Source of the DNA: Anaerolineae bacterium
Lineage (GTDB): Bacteria; Chloroflexota; Anaerolineae; UBA1429
NCBI GenBank assembly: GCA_963675785.1
Contig: OY776562.1
Location: 2,368,001-2,432,000, forward strand
Direction: 5' to 3'
Length of the DNA stretch: 64,000 bases
Positions within the stretch are counted from its first letter, which is position 1; each line of letters starts with the position of its first letter. The notes beneath the pieces were generated by a model. It searched no databases. It saw only the letters and a list, made by a program, of their open reading frames with translations, and had not been told where the DNA came from. Made by a program: the position numbers and the translations under genes. This document shows, piece after piece, positions 10,301 through 19,493 of the stretch.

Positions 10301-13300
10301 TCCGCCATGACGCCATCGTTATACATGGCCCGCTTCATAAAAGCGGTGCCATCCAGCGTGGCCTCTTGCTCAGAATCCCATTTATCGTTGACCTTGCCCC
10401 AGGTGCCCAGCACCGGATAAAGAAGGCCCGCAACCAGTAATAATACAAAAGCCACCCGCCAGAGCACCTTGCCCCAGGAGCGCCAGTTCACTTGGGCGTG
10501 CAACAGATCGGGGAGGAGCAACGCCGCGACCACGGCCCAGAGTATCCAGGCTTGCAAGTAGAACTTGAAGACGGTATTCATGCGACCGATATCGCCGTCC
10601 AGCACCACGTATTCAACAGCGATGACCAGCCCGGCTCCAACGGCTGCCAGAATACCAGCAAAGCGCATCATGTCGCTGGAATCCTGACGCAGGGCCAACC
10701 AACCACCCAAAGCCAACACCGGCAAAGCTAAGAAAAGTGCCCAGGAGCCAGAGAATAGAGCCATCACTTCTACCAGCAGCAGCACCAGAGCCAGAATCCA
10801 CAGATAGCCATAGGCCACGCTCTGGCAGCGCACCAGCAGGTCATAGAGGTGCGTGCGTCGTTCGCCATGACCAAGCTGCGTGCCCCATAAACGCGCGCGG
10901 CGCGCACAGGCATCGCGAGAGCGCCGCCGGAAACAGGCACCCAGCAAGCCAGAGAGGAGCGGCACATAGAGCACGATCCAGATGGTCAGCAACTCGCTCA
11001 GGGTGCTGGTCTCGCCCTCCCACAGTTCAAAGCTGGAATAGGCCGAGCCGTAAGCGCTGTGGAAAGGCAGATAGAGGATGATGCTCAACGCCACCAAGGT
11101 CATGGTTAGCAGCACCCAGGTGCGAATGGACTTGAAATCGACATGCCTAGCGGCGGCATAGATGCCCACAGCCAGCGCCGCGATGGTAATCAGTAGATAG
11201 GTGGGATAATCCCAGGTGTTGGTACACCACAAGGCCCCCACCACCAGTGCGCTGAGGCCCACAGAAAGGCCCAGCCGCAGCCAACGGCGCTTGCCATCAG
11301 TCTGTGAGCCGTCACGCAGCACAAAGATCAGATTAACAGCCAACCCCAGGGCCAGTACCACCAGCGGCATGGCCATCACATGGGCATGCAAATCGCCATA
11401 CAAGAAGGAAAAGAAGGGGAACTCGTTGATCTCGCCGTTGGCCATAATGCGCGAGGCGTTCCAGTACCACCACTCGGGACGGAAAGACAGGGTGATATCG
11501 GTTGTTAGCCAGGTCCAAAAGCCCGTAGCGGCCTGAGACAGGCCCGATGCGGTTGTCTCCACCAATCCCCGCGACAGGGCCAGGTCTTTGAAGCCACCCC
11601 ACAAGAGCTCTAGCTCGCCCAGATTACCGATGATCGCCGCCAGCACCGCCCCCACTAGACCAGCCCCCAGCCCAGAGAGCAGTTTTTTAGCGCGCGGGCG
11701 CAGATTATACACCAATGAAACAACGCCCGAGACCAGCATGGCGAAAAAGGTGGGGATGAGCAGGTTGTAGGCGGTGGTGGGCACAACCGCCGAGAGCTTG
11801 ACCATCACGGCGCTCAAGACAAAGCCGAAATAGTAATAGTTGATATAACCACCGGCAAACCAGGGATCATAGGCCGGGAACCAGGTGCTCTTGATGATGG
11901 CGTTGAGGTAGGCCAAGTCCATAGGCTTTTCGCCACCCGTCACCGAATGCCACAGATCGGGATTGGCGCGACGGATGAGCCAGAACAGGGCAAAAGCTCC
12001 CATAAAGATAACGCTCTGCGCCAGCATGAGCTGCCAGTGTTCGCGTAGCCAACTACTCAAAGCAGCGCGGTTACGCCAAGCACACCAAACTGCCAAGGCC
12101 CAGAGCACAGCGACAAGGCACCACAACACCGTCTGCGTAAAAGGCAACACCTTGACCGAGGCGCCCAACCAACTGAGCCATCCCACGACCACGAGGCCCA
12201 GCGTCAAAGCAAAGCCATAGCCGCGATCACGCAGGCCGCTGAACAGCGGAAAGCCCAATACAAAGGCCGGCACCGCCAGCAGAAACAGGATGAGCAACCA
12301 GGCCAACGTGGGCACGCTGTTGGCCAGTGAATCGCGGTCAAACATCTCGGACCAAGTGCCGCCCGCTTGCTGCTCCTCCCATTCTTTGTCCGAGAGCAGC
12401 AATGCTGTGGGCGCCTCGGTGATCTCGACGGGGCGCGTCCGGGCGATGCGCTCCAAGTCATAATCGTCAAAGAGTGCTTGTACGGCCGCAGGGTCATAGT
12501 CCGCGGTCTTGCGATAAATCAACACCCGTGGATGGTCATAGACGGTAAAAGTCTCATCGGCATTGTCATCTACGAACTCGAATCCCAACAGAGACGGGCG
12601 CGAGGTGAACTCGGCTACCAACTCAAAGCCCAGGTCACCGTCGAACAAAGCCTCATAGTAGGCCGTGGCCATGGGGTAGCGGCTCTCCATACGAGGGATG
12701 GAACCATAAAGGCGATTGCTGGAGAGGATGATGTAATCCGCCTGATCCAGCCAATTGTAAAGCGACTCGCGCTTGTCCTCAATGTCCTCCCAGTAGAGAT
12801 CCATGGTGATGATGTCATACTCGATGCTGGCATTATGACCATCGATATTGAGGGGCAGGGCGTCATCCCATAGTTCGTAGGTAATGCTCGTGCCCTCAGG
12901 GATATTCTCATAGATCCACCGTGAGGCCGTGAGACGCGTCACTGGCTCGGAATAGATGCCCATAAAAGAGATGGCATAGAACAGTGTGCCCAGCACCACA
13001 ACACCCGCGCCACCATAAGCGGCCACACGCGGCCATTTGATACCCCCCCGCCTGGCGCTGTATTCTTTGGCTCGTGAACAAAGGTACATCAGGCCATAGC
13101 CCGCCACCAGAGCCATAGTCGGATAGATGGGCAGCATATAGCGCACTGTTTTAACGAACTGGACGCTCTGATAAAAAAAGGTCAGCGTCATCCAGGTCCA
13201 GGGCAAGAGGTGCTGCCACCTCTTTTTAAAGAACATGTCATAGGCCATCAGGCCCCAGGAGGCCCACACGGCGAGGCCCAAGGGCACACCAAGACCCCAC

Positions 13301-14391
13301 AACACCATGTTCTTGAGGGAGTACCAGACGGGTGTACGATCCGTCCACTGGTCGCTGGGGGGATAGTCGGTCTCGCCGGTCACCATCTTTTGGCTGGATT
13401 CCATATCATCCAGCCACTGCTCGTTCAGTTGGAGATCAAAAAAGCCGGGGCCGGTAAAGGCCTGAGGCTGGGCGACACGAAAGGTGAACAAGGCGACCAC
13501 CAGAATGACCACCAAGGTCAGCGCAGTAGGCAGTAAGCGAAAGAGGAAGCGATCCGTCTTGGATTCGGGGCATTCCAACGGCGTCTCGGCTTCGCAGGTC
13601 AGGCGGACGCGGCCCAGGCGCAACCGCCAACGGCCGATGTAATCGGGGCGAACGTGTTCGGCGTCCTGACAAGCCCGCACCGTACGCTGAATCAACGCCA
13701 AGCCAATGACGGCCAAAAAGGTGAGCACGCTGATCTTGCTGCTAACGGCCATACCAAAGGAAAAGCCCAGCAGCAATACACTGCCCCAGCCGGCCCCCTT
13801 GGCCACGCGCACCGCTGCCAACAGAGCCAGGGTGACAAAAAAGGTTGTGGAGGAATCCACCGTGAAAAAGTGGGCGTGCTGGATGCTGAGCACCGACATG
13901 GAAAAGAGCAGGGCGCTCAACAAGCCGGTGCGCCGATTATAGAGTGCCTTGCCGATGAGATAGACAATCAACACGCAGGCCAGATCCATTACGCCGGACA
14001 TGACCCGCCCCGCCAGATAGACGCCCGAATAGCCGGTATAGCCGGTGAGTTGACCCACTGCCTTGGACAACACCACCGGAAAGATGCCGTACACATACGA
14101 ACCAAAGCCCTTGTTGTAGGGACTCAAGGGGTTGATGGAGCTGTCCCAATAGTCGCTCAGTGAGTCGGGCCATTCCAGGCCGTTCTCTACCATGGTAAGA
14201 AAGCGCTCGTCGGGATGCAGATGGGTGCCATCGTCCCAATCGACGTTGTAAAAGCGGAATATCGCTCCCAGCACGAGGATGGCAAGCAGCAGGATCGTCG
14301 CGCCGCGTTTGGTGTCCGTCCAGGCCAGCAGACGCTGCCAGGTGCTCATTTCGTCGTCTTTTACAATGTGGGGTTCACTATTGGGCATCAA
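7342..14391 (-). CDS. Giant tri-modular membrane glycosyltransferase: PMT/ArnT-like module plus two DUF2298 (YYY) modules
   Basis: 2349 aa uninterrupted ORF; HPDE module at N-terminus; two copies each of EK.M, YYY.G (~11830, ~9200), INEFPFFSFL..DLH.H and RMNTVFKF. Confidence 0.88.
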   Translation of the reverse strand: MMPNSEPHIVKDDEMSTWQRLLAWTDTKRGATILLLAILVLGAIFRFYNVDWDDGTHLHPDERFLTMVENGLEWPDSLSDYWDSSINPLSPYNKGFGSYVYGIFPVVLSKAVGQLTGYTGYSGVYLAGRVMSGVMDLACVLIVYLIGKALYNRRTGLLSALLFSMSVLSIQHAHFFTVDSSTTFFVTLALLAAVRVAKGAGWGSVLLLGFSFGMAVSSKISVLTFLAVIGLALIQRTVRACQDAEHVRPDYIGRWRLRLGRVRLTCEAETPLECPESKTDRFLFRLLPTALTLVVILVVALFTFRVAQPQAFTGPGFFDLQLNEQWLDDMESSQKMVTGETDYPPSDQWTDRTPVWYSLKNMVLWGLGVPLGLAVWASWGLMAYDMFFKKRWQHLLPWTWMTLTFFYQSVQFVKTVRYMLPIYPTMALVAGYGLMYLCSRAKEYSARRGGIKWPRVAAYGGAGVVVLGTLFYAISFMGIYSEPVTRLTASRWIYENIPEGTSITYELWDDALPLNIDGHNASIEYDIITMDLYWEDIEDKRESLYNWLDQADYIILSSNRLYGSIPRMESRYPMATAYYEALFDGDLGFELVAEFTSRPSLLGFEFVDDNADETFTVYDHPRVLIYRKTADYDPAAVQALFDDYDLERIARTRPVEITEAPTALLLSDKEWEEQQAGGTWSEMFDRDSLANSVPTLAWLLILFLLAVPAFVLGFPLFSGLRDRGYGFALTLGLVVVGWLSWLGASVKVLPFTQTVLWCLVAVLWALAVWCAWRNRAALSSWLREHWQLMLAQSVIFMGAFALFWLIRRANPDLWHSVTGGEKPMDLAYLNAIIKSTWFPAYDPWFAGGYINYYYFGFVLSAVMVKLSAVVPTTAYNLLIPTFFAMLVSGVVSLVYNLRPRAKKLLSGLGAGLVGAVLAAIIGNLGELELLWGGFKDLALSRGLVETTASGLSQAATGFWTWLTTDITLSFRPEWWYWNASRIMANGEINEFPFFSFLYGDLHAHVMAMPLVVLALGLAVNLIFVLRDGSQTDGKRRWLRLGLSVGLSALVVGALWCTNTWDYPTYLLITIAALAVGIYAAARHVDFKSIRTWVLLTMTLVALSIILYLPFHSAYGSAYSSFELWEGETSTLSELLTIWIVLYVPLLSGLLGACFRRRSRDACARRARLWGTQLGHGERRTHLYDLLVRCQSVAYGYLWILALVLLLVEVMALFSGSWALFLALPVLALGGWLALRQDSSDMMRFAGILAAVGAGLVIAVEYVVLDGDIGRMNTVFKFYLQAWILWAVVAALLLPDLLHAQVNWRSWGKVLWRVAFVLLLVAGLLYPVLGTWGKVNDKWDSEQEATLDGTAFMKRAMYNDGVMAESLNEDLAAIEWLQENVEGSPVVMEGVGQLYRWGSRVSIYTGLPTVIGWDWHQRQQRSVAGGTRIDWRLQDVSEFYNTEDISRALEILDEYDVAYVMVGQIERSSYTALGLSKFTEMEGQSLEIVFSQGNTVIYKVIGEKEVSEAVGLLDGIKGWLNQHWVGASVLADEDDGATAEEAALDPLGRETVDSRGWNSLAAVSDNVAIVSWWLVLWLLGLAAWPLIAPLFEALPGKGYGFARTAGLLLGSLLLWLGSSLEIIPNSAGWAWAVLGVMFIVGICAWRRQPALRVAWRENGQDILQDILRTELIFTAAFVVFVIIRMLNPDLWQPWYGGEKMMEIAFLNATSKSAYMPPYDPYLSGLTINYYYYGLFVVNFLQKLAGLTPEVAFNLAIPTFFALTISIAYSLGRWLTSRLSGERLDSRLALWGGVAAAACVALLANLSSFAQLLEQLAAAGGTTFASATDWQWSDIGAVWQGLRSVLAGSAQLGSFDYWSHGTRIIPYTINEFPFFSFLFADLHPHMIAIPFMLFIAALAWAVLAQEQETFFWRRALCWFVWAVVTLGALGPMNTWSLPAAVLLLTGALVLRGWRQARWHGLGIGLLIALALVLLAVLLYAPFYATFDAPESGLSLVPSASRSAPALWFVVWGTLLIPSISYLVWQLAHLSAGLRKATWGVVLAAIVGGVALGFWVHPVVGLCAVLVLLSGWGALTADSAALRMIALLLCIGWGMLLCVELVYLPDFLDGGDWFRMNTVFKFGIQSWILIGLAVGATLPLLWRASKKLGWGRWSWRVGLLLVLFIGFSYVPFSIPSRIVQRFPEVNGQVGPRPVGLDGLAYMDGGVYTWPDASNTIDLTYDYEAITWLWNNVEGAPVLLEAYVGYYREGGMRVSSYTGLAVIVGAHSGEQHDGATVLSRQNDVSTLYNTTDEALFFDLLSLYDVRYIYVGQLENAMYNAEGLEKFEQLAALGQLQRVYQNAETAIYEVPASM

Positions 14392-16304
14392 GAATCTCCA
14401 TAAACGGCAAGAAAGGCGATATTGCCCTCATAATCCAAATGCTCGATGATGCGCAGATCACCGCAGCTCTCCAGCAGTTGAAGCGAAGCAATGTCATCGG
14501 GGTGCAGCAAATAAAGGGAGTCATCTTGGGCACAGGCTGCTGCATCCAACTGCCTCGTCTCGTCAAAGGTATCATACCCCATAGCATCAAGCTGGCAGGC
14601 CACGGCGTTGCCATCGTACCAGTAGGGCCAAATGATCACCGTTCCCTGGCCGCTGTGCTCGGCGATGGTAGTGGCCATATCCAACGAGATGGAATAGTTG
14701 TCATAGGGCACTGCCAGTGGATAACGGCTAAAGCAGACATCCCAGGTATCGACAGCCTCGTATCCGGCCAGCCCCGCCAGCACAGCCCCAACCGCGACCA
14801 AACGCCAGGTTCTGGCCAGCCCAGTATCTGCAACAGATAGCGCATTGGCTAGCAGCAGGTCCAACCCATAGGCAGCGATGAGCAGTGCCGGTGGGCAAGC
14901 TCCAATGGCCCGAATGGCGTTGGGCACCTCATTGGGAAAAGCCAGAGCCATCATCGAGGGCCCAGACAGGCCAAAACCGGCCACCAGTACCCAGGCATTT
15001 TGCCCCTTGCGGCAGTTATGTACAAGCAGCACCAAACCTAATAAAAAGAGCGCCGCCGTCAGAAAGCCCAATTGACGAAGATAAGGCAGATTGGCCACAT
15101 AGACGGTATCGCCGTGGACGTTGAACATGAGTAGGGCGTTCAACATGTTCTGGCCAAACACTGCCAATAGATTGCCAGACAGAGAACGTTCTGTAGAAGT
15201 AACCCGCGTAGCCGTGCGATAGAAATATTGGGCGGGGTCATCGGCGATGTAACTCAACAGCGGCGTCATCACCACCAACGCCGCGATGACGCACAACAAG
15301 AAACCTGCCCGGTGCTCGCGCAAGCGCACGCCGTTGCCCTTGATGGCCTCTACTGCCAACCAAACCAACAGAATGAGCGGGGCCACCATCCAGGCATTAT
15401 AGGTGTAAAACCCCAATCCCAGAGCCAGCCCACTGACGATGTACCAGCGGCGAGAATTCGTCCGCCAGGCGCGCAGCAAGGCCCCCCAACAGATCAGCCA
15501 CACCAGTGGCAGGGTAATGGCCCGCAAGCCACTGCGGCTCATGAGGATATGCCAATGACTCACGGCCAGCATCAAGGCAGCAATCAGGCCCGCACGCCGA
15601 TTCCACAACTCTCGCCCCACCCAATAGACCAAAGGGATGGTCAGCGTGCCCAGCAACGCCGAAGAGAACTTGATGGCGTAAAAGCTCTGCCCCAATATAG
15701 CCGCAATGGGCGCCGAGAGGTAGAAGAAAAGCCCTTCACGGCCAGGGTAGGAGGTGAAAAAGATGGGGTATTCACCAGAGAGGATTTGGGCAATGTTCTT
15801 GTAGACATGGGGCACATCGCAGCCCATCTCAGATGGCAGGGCGTTGAGAATATAAAAGCGATAGACCGCACCCAGGGCGGTAATCAGCAGCAGAGCAACA
15901 CCGTACCAGCGCGCACTGCGCGTGGTGAATAACCCACGGCTCACTTTGATACCGCGAAAGAGCGGCACAGCCAAACAAGCCAGGGCCAGCAGCCAGGGAA
16001 TGGTGCCCCGCAGAGTGAAACAATTTTCGCCCAAGAGTACAAAGGCCACACCAGCCAACACTATGGCCAGAATGCTCCAGAAAGTACCCTTGATGACGAT
16101 GCTGCTTGGAGAAAGCTCTGTTTCAGGCGGCGCTTGTAATCCGACAAGGGCTCCAGCAGCAGCCAGAACGTACATCAGGCCGCCCCACAGGTAACGTTCA
16201 GCATCCACAGAATTCTGGGCCAATACAACAAGCACGAGAACGCAGATGGCAACAAGCCATCGGTATCTCGTGCATGGCGAGCAGATTTGGCGAATGCGCC
16301 GCAT
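14388..16304 (-). CDS. ArnT/PMT-family (GT-C) glycosyltransferase
   Basis: 638 aa; GREGLFFY, GTLTIPLVYWVGRELW...GLIAALMLAVSHWHILMSR, GLGFYTY signature stretches; overlaps downstream start by 4 nt. Confidence 0.8.
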   Translation of the reverse strand: MRRIRQICSPCTRYRWLVAICVLVLVVLAQNSVDAERYLWGGLMYVLAAAGALVGLQAPPETELSPSSIVIKGTFWSILAIVLAGVAFVLLGENCFTLRGTIPWLLALACLAVPLFRGIKVSRGLFTTRSARWYGVALLLITALGAVYRFYILNALPSEMGCDVPHVYKNIAQILSGEYPIFFTSYPGREGLFFYLSAPIAAILGQSFYAIKFSSALLGTLTIPLVYWVGRELWNRRAGLIAALMLAVSHWHILMSRSGLRAITLPLVWLICWGALLRAWRTNSRRWYIVSGLALGLGFYTYNAWMVAPLILLVWLAVEAIKGNGVRLREHRAGFLLCVIAALVVMTPLLSYIADDPAQYFYRTATRVTSTERSLSGNLLAVFGQNMLNALLMFNVHGDTVYVANLPYLRQLGFLTAALFLLGLVLLVHNCRKGQNAWVLVAGFGLSGPSMMALAFPNEVPNAIRAIGACPPALLIAAYGLDLLLANALSVADTGLARTWRLVAVGAVLAGLAGYEAVDTWDVCFSRYPLAVPYDNYSISLDMATTIAEHSGQGTVIIWPYWYDGNAVACQLDAMGYDTFDETRQLDAAACAQDDSLYLLHPDDIASLQLLESCGDLRIIEHLDYEGNIAFLAVYGDS

Positions 16305-16313
16305 GGGTGCCTC

Positions 16314-17222
16314 TTATTCCCCGATTCCATCCTCTGGTTTGCGCGCCAGTACACCGACGTTCACAAACGTCTTTTTGCGCGCCAGGCGCTGGGGATTCTC
16401 ATTGAAATGATCGAACCAGCGAAAAAGCCCCAGAACCCAGTTGATGGGATTATACCAGCTCCCCTTGTTATCCGTTCCCTGAAAACGGTGTGTCGATTTA
16501 GCCAAGAACCCCGGCAACAGGTTATGGTCGATCAACCCCTTGCCAAAGGTGTAGACGATGGTTTGTGTGGCGGGGAAACAATAGTGGGTGAGCATGTCCA
16601 TCTGCACCACCTCAAAGCCCGCCGCAACTATGCGCTCGACGATCTGCTCACGGGTATAGAGGCGCACATGATTGGCCCAGATGCCCGCAAAAGGCCCTTT
16701 ACGAATGGGTCGATGGAACAGTCCTTCGGCCACACGATTGATGGGATCATACCAGGCCGGATAGTTACTGCAAGGCACAGTGATGGCCAACATGCCGCCC
16801 GGCTTGAGCACGCGATACATCTCGGCCAAGCCGCGGTCATCGTCCGGCAGGTGCTCGATGATCTCGGAAGCGATGAGCCGATCGAAAGAGGCATCAGCAA
16901 AGGGCATACGCTGAATATCGCTGCGCGACAAGAGCAGGCGGGCCTGATCGACGTGCTGGCGGGCGAAATCGAGCACACGAGGCTCCATATCGCAACCCCA
17001 CACCAGGCAATCGGTATAGAGCGAATGCAGCACCATGGGGTAAAAGGCCATGCCCGTGCCGCAATCCAGAATGCGGTCCCCCGGCTGCACGTTCAGGTAG
17101 CGCAACATCGTCTTGACCCGCCGCCGATAGGCCACGTCGGACTCGTTGCGCAACAGCGCTTCCAGCGTCTCTCGTTGGGCTGGGGTCAGCTCCAGATCGG
17201 GGTTTACTGTACTGGCCATCAA
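16314..17222 (-). CDS. Class I SAM-dependent methyltransferase
   Basis: ILDCGTGMA motif I, MPFADASFD, EIIEHL, RVLKPGG. Confidence 0.88.
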   Translation of the reverse strand: MMASTVNPDLELTPAQRETLEALLRNESDVAYRRRVKTMLRYLNVQPGDRILDCGTGMAFYPMVLHSLYTDCLVWGCDMEPRVLDFARQHVDQARLLLSRSDIQRMPFADASFDRLIASEIIEHLPDDDRGLAEMYRVLKPGGMLAITVPCSNYPAWYDPINRVAEGLFHRPIRKGPFAGIWANHVRLYTREQIVERIVAAGFEVVQMDMLTHYCFPATQTIVYTFGKGLIDHNLLPGFLAKSTHRFQGTDNKGSWYNPINWVLGLFRWFDHFNENPQRLARKKTFVNVGVLARKPEDGIGE

Positions 17223-18355
17223 TTCACCAGCCGCTCGAATAACGTCTCGTAAGCATCGATAGTACGCTCCAGACTAAACACATTGCGGATGGTCTCGGGC
17301 GACTTGATATAGGCCTGACGGTTACGCAACACCTCGATGATCCCCTCGGCCAAAGCCCGTTCGTTCCGCGGCTCGACCAGTTTGCCCATGCCTGTCACTT
17401 GCAGCACCTCACGGGCACCGGGAATATCGGTGGTCACCAACGGCGTGCCACAGAGCAGCGACTCGATCTGTACACTGGGAAAGCAATCAGTGCGACTGGG
17501 CAGGGCGAACACATCGCACATGGCGTAAAAGTTGGCCAACTTTTGCTGATCGGTCAGCAAGCCCAGCATGGCAATGGCATCCTTGTGGGCCTCGAGCATG
17601 GGACAACAGGATTCATAAAAGCCCTCATAGACGACGTTGCATTCGCCCGCATAGGCGAAACGCACATCGGGGAAAGCCTCTTGCACAAAAGGGATAGCCT
17701 TGAGCAGATAATCAAAGCCCTTTTCCTCGACAAAGCGGCCGGCAAAGCCCACCAAGGGTTTGCCCTGCAGACCCAGCTCAGTGCGCCAGAAGGCAACAGC
17801 CTCGCTATCGGGATCGGGCAGCACCGCCGGAGGATAGATGGCCTCTAGTTTATCGAGATAGGGCCGCAAATAAGCCGAATGCTCGGCGTAATCCTGGCTG
17901 TGGGTGGTGATGACATCGGCAGCGGCAGCGCCGTCGTCCAGCATCCTGCCCACCGTCAGCTGTACGAACTGGTTAAATAGCCCACTGGGCATTACCAAGT
18001 CACCATGATGGGTCATGACCATCTTTTTGCCAGCGCGATGGGCGATCCGCCCTACCAGGGCTGTCTCCAACATGGGGGTATGTACTTGAACGATATCGTG
18101 CTCGGCCATGAGCTGTTTCACCATACGCGGAAAGATGGGCATCACCCGACCGCGACTGAGACGAAACCAACTGGGCACACGCACAATGCGCACGCCAGCG
18201 TGCTCGTCTTCCAGAGGCTGATCATCCGCAAACTGGGCGGTCACCACCGTCACCTGGTGGCCGCGAGAAACGAGGCCTTCGGCGATGCGTTTGGCATAGG
18301 CAGTGAGCCCGGTCCAGTGGGGATAATAATAGGTTAGGGCCATCAGGATCTTCAT
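17219..18355 (-). CDS. GT4-family (GT-B) glycosyltransferase
   Basis: MKIL..LTYYYPH..G start, FAGRFVEEKG, DVFALPS..DCFPSVQIESLLCGTP. Confidence 0.9.
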   Translation of the reverse strand: MKILMALTYYYPHWTGLTAYAKRIAEGLVSRGHQVTVVTAQFADDQPLEDEHAGVRIVRVPSWFRLSRGRVMPIFPRMVKQLMAEHDIVQVHTPMLETALVGRIAHRAGKKMVMTHHGDLVMPSGLFNQFVQLTVGRMLDDGAAAADVITTHSQDYAEHSAYLRPYLDKLEAIYPPAVLPDPDSEAVAFWRTELGLQGKPLVGFAGRFVEEKGFDYLLKAIPFVQEAFPDVRFAYAGECNVVYEGFYESCCPMLEAHKDAIAMLGLLTDQQKLANFYAMCDVFALPSRTDCFPSVQIESLLCGTPLVTTDIPGAREVLQVTGMGKLVEPRNERALAEGIIEVLRNRQAYIKSPETIRNVFSLERTIDAYETLFERLVN

Positions 18356-18376
18356 GAAATGCGATTCTCCGGAAAA

Positions 18377-19411
18377 TCAATCCGTGCTATCAACGCTGGC
18401 GCTGTCGCCGAGAATATCGCGCCGCACATCAGAGAAGGAGAGATCCTGGCTGCGCAAAGATAGCAAACCATAGACAATGAGGGTGAGATTGGTGAACATG
18501 TGCAGGCCAAAGGCATAAGCCGAAGCATCGGCATTGCCCACTGCAAAGACACCAGTGAGCACCAGCACCGCGGCCGCCTCAAAGGGGCCAATGGCGCCCG
18601 GCGAGGAAGGCACAACCATGGATAGCCCGGTAGCGCAGAGTACGGTCAGCGCCGCTACAAAGGGCAAGTCTGTCATGCCCAAGGCCAGAAATAGCACATA
18701 ATTGAGCAGTGCATAGCCCAACCAAACCACCAACGACCAAGCCAACGAGCGCAGTAAAATGCCGGCATCGGTTAGCACGCCAAAGCCCTCGACTAAACTG
18801 GTCACCAAGCGCTTGACGATAGGATGGCCAAGCACAGGAATGCGTGCCATCTTGGCCCAAAAGCGCTCGGTCGCGGCCTCACTCAGACGCGAGAGCACCG
18901 CCAAAATGACAATGCCCACCAAAGCAACGATACCGAGGAGAATGCCCCCCTGCACTAACCACTGGGGCAAATCGACAAAGGGAAGCAAGCCGAGAGCCAA
19001 AAAAACAACGACGAGCACGTCGAGGAGGCGTTCCACCACCAGTGAGGAGGCGCCTTGCCCCAGTCCCCCCTTGAGCTTACGCCCGGCCAAATAAGCCCGC
19101 ACCACTTCGCCCGCCTTGGCCGGCAGCACATTGTTGAACAGGTAGCCAATGTTGACGATGGCGAACACTTGCAGCACCGGAATCGTCTTTTCACCCATGA
19201 GCACACGCCAACGCATGGCCCGCGCCATATTAATGCCCACCAGCAATAACAAGCCTGGCAGCAAATAGTCATATTTGCCGTTGGCAAAGATGCGCCACAG
19301 TTCGGTGAAATCCACTTTGGCAAACACATACACCAGACAGGCAGCGCTGATGAGAATGCCGATAATCAATTGCAGATGGTTACGAAGCCAGTTCAAGACA
19401 GACTTGATCAT
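18377..19411 (-). CDS. Lysylphosphatidylglycerol-synthase TM / UPF0104 flippase-like membrane protein
   Basis: RAMRW, GYLFNNVLPAKAGEVVR, VERLLD, PSSPGAIGPFE motifs. Confidence 0.85.
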   Translation of the reverse strand: MIKSVLNWLRNHLQLIIGILISAACLVYVFAKVDFTELWRIFANGKYDYLLPGLLLLVGINMARAMRWRVLMGEKTIPVLQVFAIVNIGYLFNNVLPAKAGEVVRAYLAGRKLKGGLGQGASSLVVERLLDVLVVVFLALGLLPFVDLPQWLVQGGILLGIVALVGIVILAVLSRLSEAATERFWAKMARIPVLGHPIVKRLVTSLVEGFGVLTDAGILLRSLAWSLVVWLGYALLNYVLFLALGMTDLPFVAALTVLCATGLSMVVPSSPGAIGPFEAAAVLVLTGVFAVGNADASAYAFGLHMFTNLTLIVYGLLSLRSQDLSFSDVRRDILGDSASVDSTD

Positions 19412-19460
19412 GTATCAACTCGTCGCTTCTGCCCACCTGAACGGCAGGCTTATCCGGGCG

Positions 19461-19489
19461 ATTATAGCATCGGCAGCACATCGGGCCAA
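19461..19489 (-). promoter_or_regulatory. Sigma70-type promoter TTGGCC-17-TATAAT with TGn extension
   Basis: Minus strand, in the gap upstream of the 19411 start. Confidence 0.6.
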
Positions 19490-19493
19490 GCCC

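Noticed and set aside
5600-11440. Short DNA repeats such as CCGTGTTCATGCG and GGGAAACTCGTTGAT recurring at kb spacing
   Set aside because: They encode the conserved RMNTVFKF and INEFPFF motifs of paralogous modules; not CRISPR or mobile repeats
16287-17252. 321-aa plus-strand ORF
   Set aside because: Antisense to the methyltransferase, which has clear motifs and operon coupling
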